From the NCBI RefSeq assembly GCF_009914755.1, contig NC_060926.1: a DNA stretch of 64,000 bases; one strand, 5' to 3'. A program made the position numbers and the translations under genes. Within the stretch, counting starts at the first letter, position 1. Every line of letters begins with the position of its first letter. Under the pieces are notes generated by a model, which did not search any database, had not been told where the DNA came from, and saw only the letters and a program-made list of their open reading frames with translations. The stretch comes from the human T2T-CHM13v2.0 reference genome, Homo sapiens. Of the stretch, positions 61,414-64,000 are shown in pieces.

Positions 61414-64000
61414 TCTTGCCTCTCCATCCAATAATCTCTCAGTCAAGAAATGTTCCCCCAACCAATTAAAGCATTGGTTATAGTCCATGGGTAAATCTTG
61501 ATTTATGAGCCACCTTAAAATGAGAGAGCCCCTCTCCAACGTGACAAGAGGGGCTCCCATGTCCGCTGACCTGTGCAGTTAAACAACCTTGATAGGTGTT
61601 TCCTTTTCCTCCTCCCTGCCTTCTTCCGGCGTGCTCTCCCAGCCCATCCCTGGTGATCCTCATGCCTCCCCAAATCATTGCATACTTGCCTCAAATATCC
61701 ACAGCCATGCATTTGGGGGAAGAGGATAAATCTTTCCCTTCCTCTTCAATAAATAATGATGCGTATATGATTTTAAAAGCACATTCATCCCATCCACCAG
61801 AATGAGTCCATAGGGAGCATGAGGGACACGTCTACTTCCTGGCGGCTCCATGTGCACCGCCCAGCCTGTGGTGGCTGAGCAGGGCCTGAGCTGGCTAGAA
61901 GCTGCCCTGCACTAAGGAAGGGTTCCCCAGCAACCCCAAAATGCACCCATTAACTCAGTCTTCCTCACTGGAGAACACTTCAGCTGCCAACTGCTCAGAA
62001 GTATCACCAGGGACTTGGAAGCCATTTTAGTTCACTGCTAAAATCTGGTCTTTTCTGAAGGCAGAGGCTGTCCTGAAACTGAGGATGAGAGCTCAGCCAG
62101 CAGGAAATCTACCCACCAAATACGGGGCACCATAGTGTGACAGCTTGTTCTCCTTATCAGCTTTCCAAAGATAGTATTAAGTCCAATGCATAGAAGCTGT
62201 AATAGAGGCTTTTTCCTTTCTGTCTCGCTCTACCTAATGAAAATGATTTATCTTTATGAAACAAATCATTTTTATTTTTATAATGTTATTTTATTGAAAA
62301 AAAGCCATGAGATTAAAATAAGAATTCAAGTCCAAAATCATCCTCAAGTCCATCCCCTAAGAAAAGTTCATGTTTCTCTTTATCTGAATTATTCTTGCCC
62401 ATTTGCAGATGTAGTTTTCACAAAAATAGTTTTTAAATCAAGTAAATAACAAGTAGTTTGCTTTTTCTTTCTGAGAAATGTGATTTCCTTGGAAGGACAC
62501 GAGGGTAAAACATGAAAATGAGTGAAAAGCACCCAGAGCGTGAGTCATGGGCTGTGATCCGGCAGCCAGGTCCGAGGGAGGGGGCGCCGGCCATGCACGC
62601 TGGATGCTGCAGGCAGACCCAGACACTGCAGTGAGCTCCCCTGCCATGGGGCAGCACTTTCCCTTCCAGAAGGCGCTTCTGCACACACACCCACTCGATT
62701 CCACACTCGCTCTCAGTCTGTAAGTGTGCTGCCTCTTGGGGGAAAATCCACCTGTTCACATCTGAATATTTTCCCTCTGGGGTGCCCCTTCTCTCCTTAT
62801 CCCAATTTGCTACAAGCGGGCCCTTCAGCCAGCAAGCCGACTCAAGAGGGCAAAAGGTTCACTTAATTCCTTCCCAGACAAGTTGTTCCAAAATATTCTT
62901 TTCAAACAAATCGTAATCAACAGCAGGAAAATGTCCCAGGGACGGAGGGCCCAGTGCTCACCTCTTTGCAGCTTCCTCTGTGCCCGCTGTGGGGTGCGGG
63001 GGCTGAATTCCCCGTGAGCAGCTCCCCGGAGGGTCCCCACCCTGCCAATCAGGTCCCCTGCTGTAGTGTAGACAGCATTGGGCAGTGAGGATGCTGCACT
63101 GAACCCGCTTCCCACTCTTCCTGCTCCCCATCAGGCTGGGACAGAGTCCCCGTCCACCTCCGGGCTCCTGACTTCTGGGAAACTCCTGCTCCGGGACTCC
63201 GGCCCAGAAGCCAGCTCCAGGCCCCACTTCCAAATGCTCATCCAGCCTATGGGTTGACCAGCAGTCACTCATGTCCTCTGCTAGCCTGTCTTCAGCTTGC
63301 CCTGCCTCCACCCCACGGCCCCTGAGCAGAAGCAGCAGCCCAGGTCCTCTGAGCCAGGAAGGAAAGGCAGAGAGCAGAGGACAGGCTCCCTAACCGAGTT
63401 CTGTATCCCGCCGCCAGTGCCAGGGCGCCACGGCCCAGGCCAGAGCGTGAGGAACAAGCCACCAAAGTAAGAAAGCAGCCACACGGCAGCCCGAATGCTC
63501 ATGCGTTCCAGAGCATTCTCCAGGAACTTTCTCATTCATCCCTCCACACTTTTCTGCTTTTCAAAATAATGCTGGTACAGGGCCAGACACACACGCATGC
63601 CACACACATGCACTAGACTCCCTACAGGCTCACAGACACACACCAGTGCACACACTGCGCGTTCCTCTCTGCTGACATCTGAGCGAGGCAGGTTCACAAG
63701 CAGCCAGCGGCCTCCCACATCCACCCCTGTCGCAAAGGCATCAGCCTTCTCCCCTTTCTCACTTTCAACAGCCCCTTCGTTCACCTACATGTGGACCTGT
63801 GGCCAAAGCTGCAGTATTCGGGAGAGAAAAGGAATCGAATGCTTGGTTTTATCAGAGGAGGCACGGAACAGGTGCTTGCCTAGAGATCAGACGCCAAGCC
63901 ATGGCCATACCTGTTCTTCCCAGTGGACTCTGGCACCCACCAATGTGGGCGTTTCCCACGTGGCCAACATCCTTTTTGCTTCTTTCCTTCTTTTCGTTGC

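Overview
Primate (human-like) nuclear genomic DNA, not a microbial locus: it has AluS/AluY elements, an L1PA, old L1M/L2/MIR fragments, MaLR/ERVL solo LTRs and hAT/Tigger DNA-transposon fossils. GC-rich unique sequence flanks an AT-rich nested-TE block at about 20.5-33 kb. I recognise no cellular protein-coding exon, tRNA, rRNA or CRISPR array. The only protein-like translations are decayed L1 ORF2 and Charlie (hAT) transposase; the other ORFs in the track look like chance ORFs in GC-rich or repeat DNA. The main unexplained signal is a CpG-rich promoter-like region at about 51.1-52.3 kb, followed on the minus strand by several near-consensus splice donors and well-formed candidate exons (46.6, 44.6, 43.5 and 39.0 kb, plus one upstream at 53.6 kb). 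This suggests a multi-exon, probably non-coding, minus-strand transcript, which is inference and may already be annotated. Other points of note: a tail-less L1PA inserted antisense at the homologous position of an older L1, an Alu::MLT1 deletion junction, young tandem duplications, a 38-bp minisatellite, non-B-DNA tracts and several motif-dense candidate enhancers (RFX X-box; HNF1/ONECUT/CDX/GATA). I cannot name the locus. Repeat subfamily calls come from recalled consensus sequences, and edges of old repeats are approximate.
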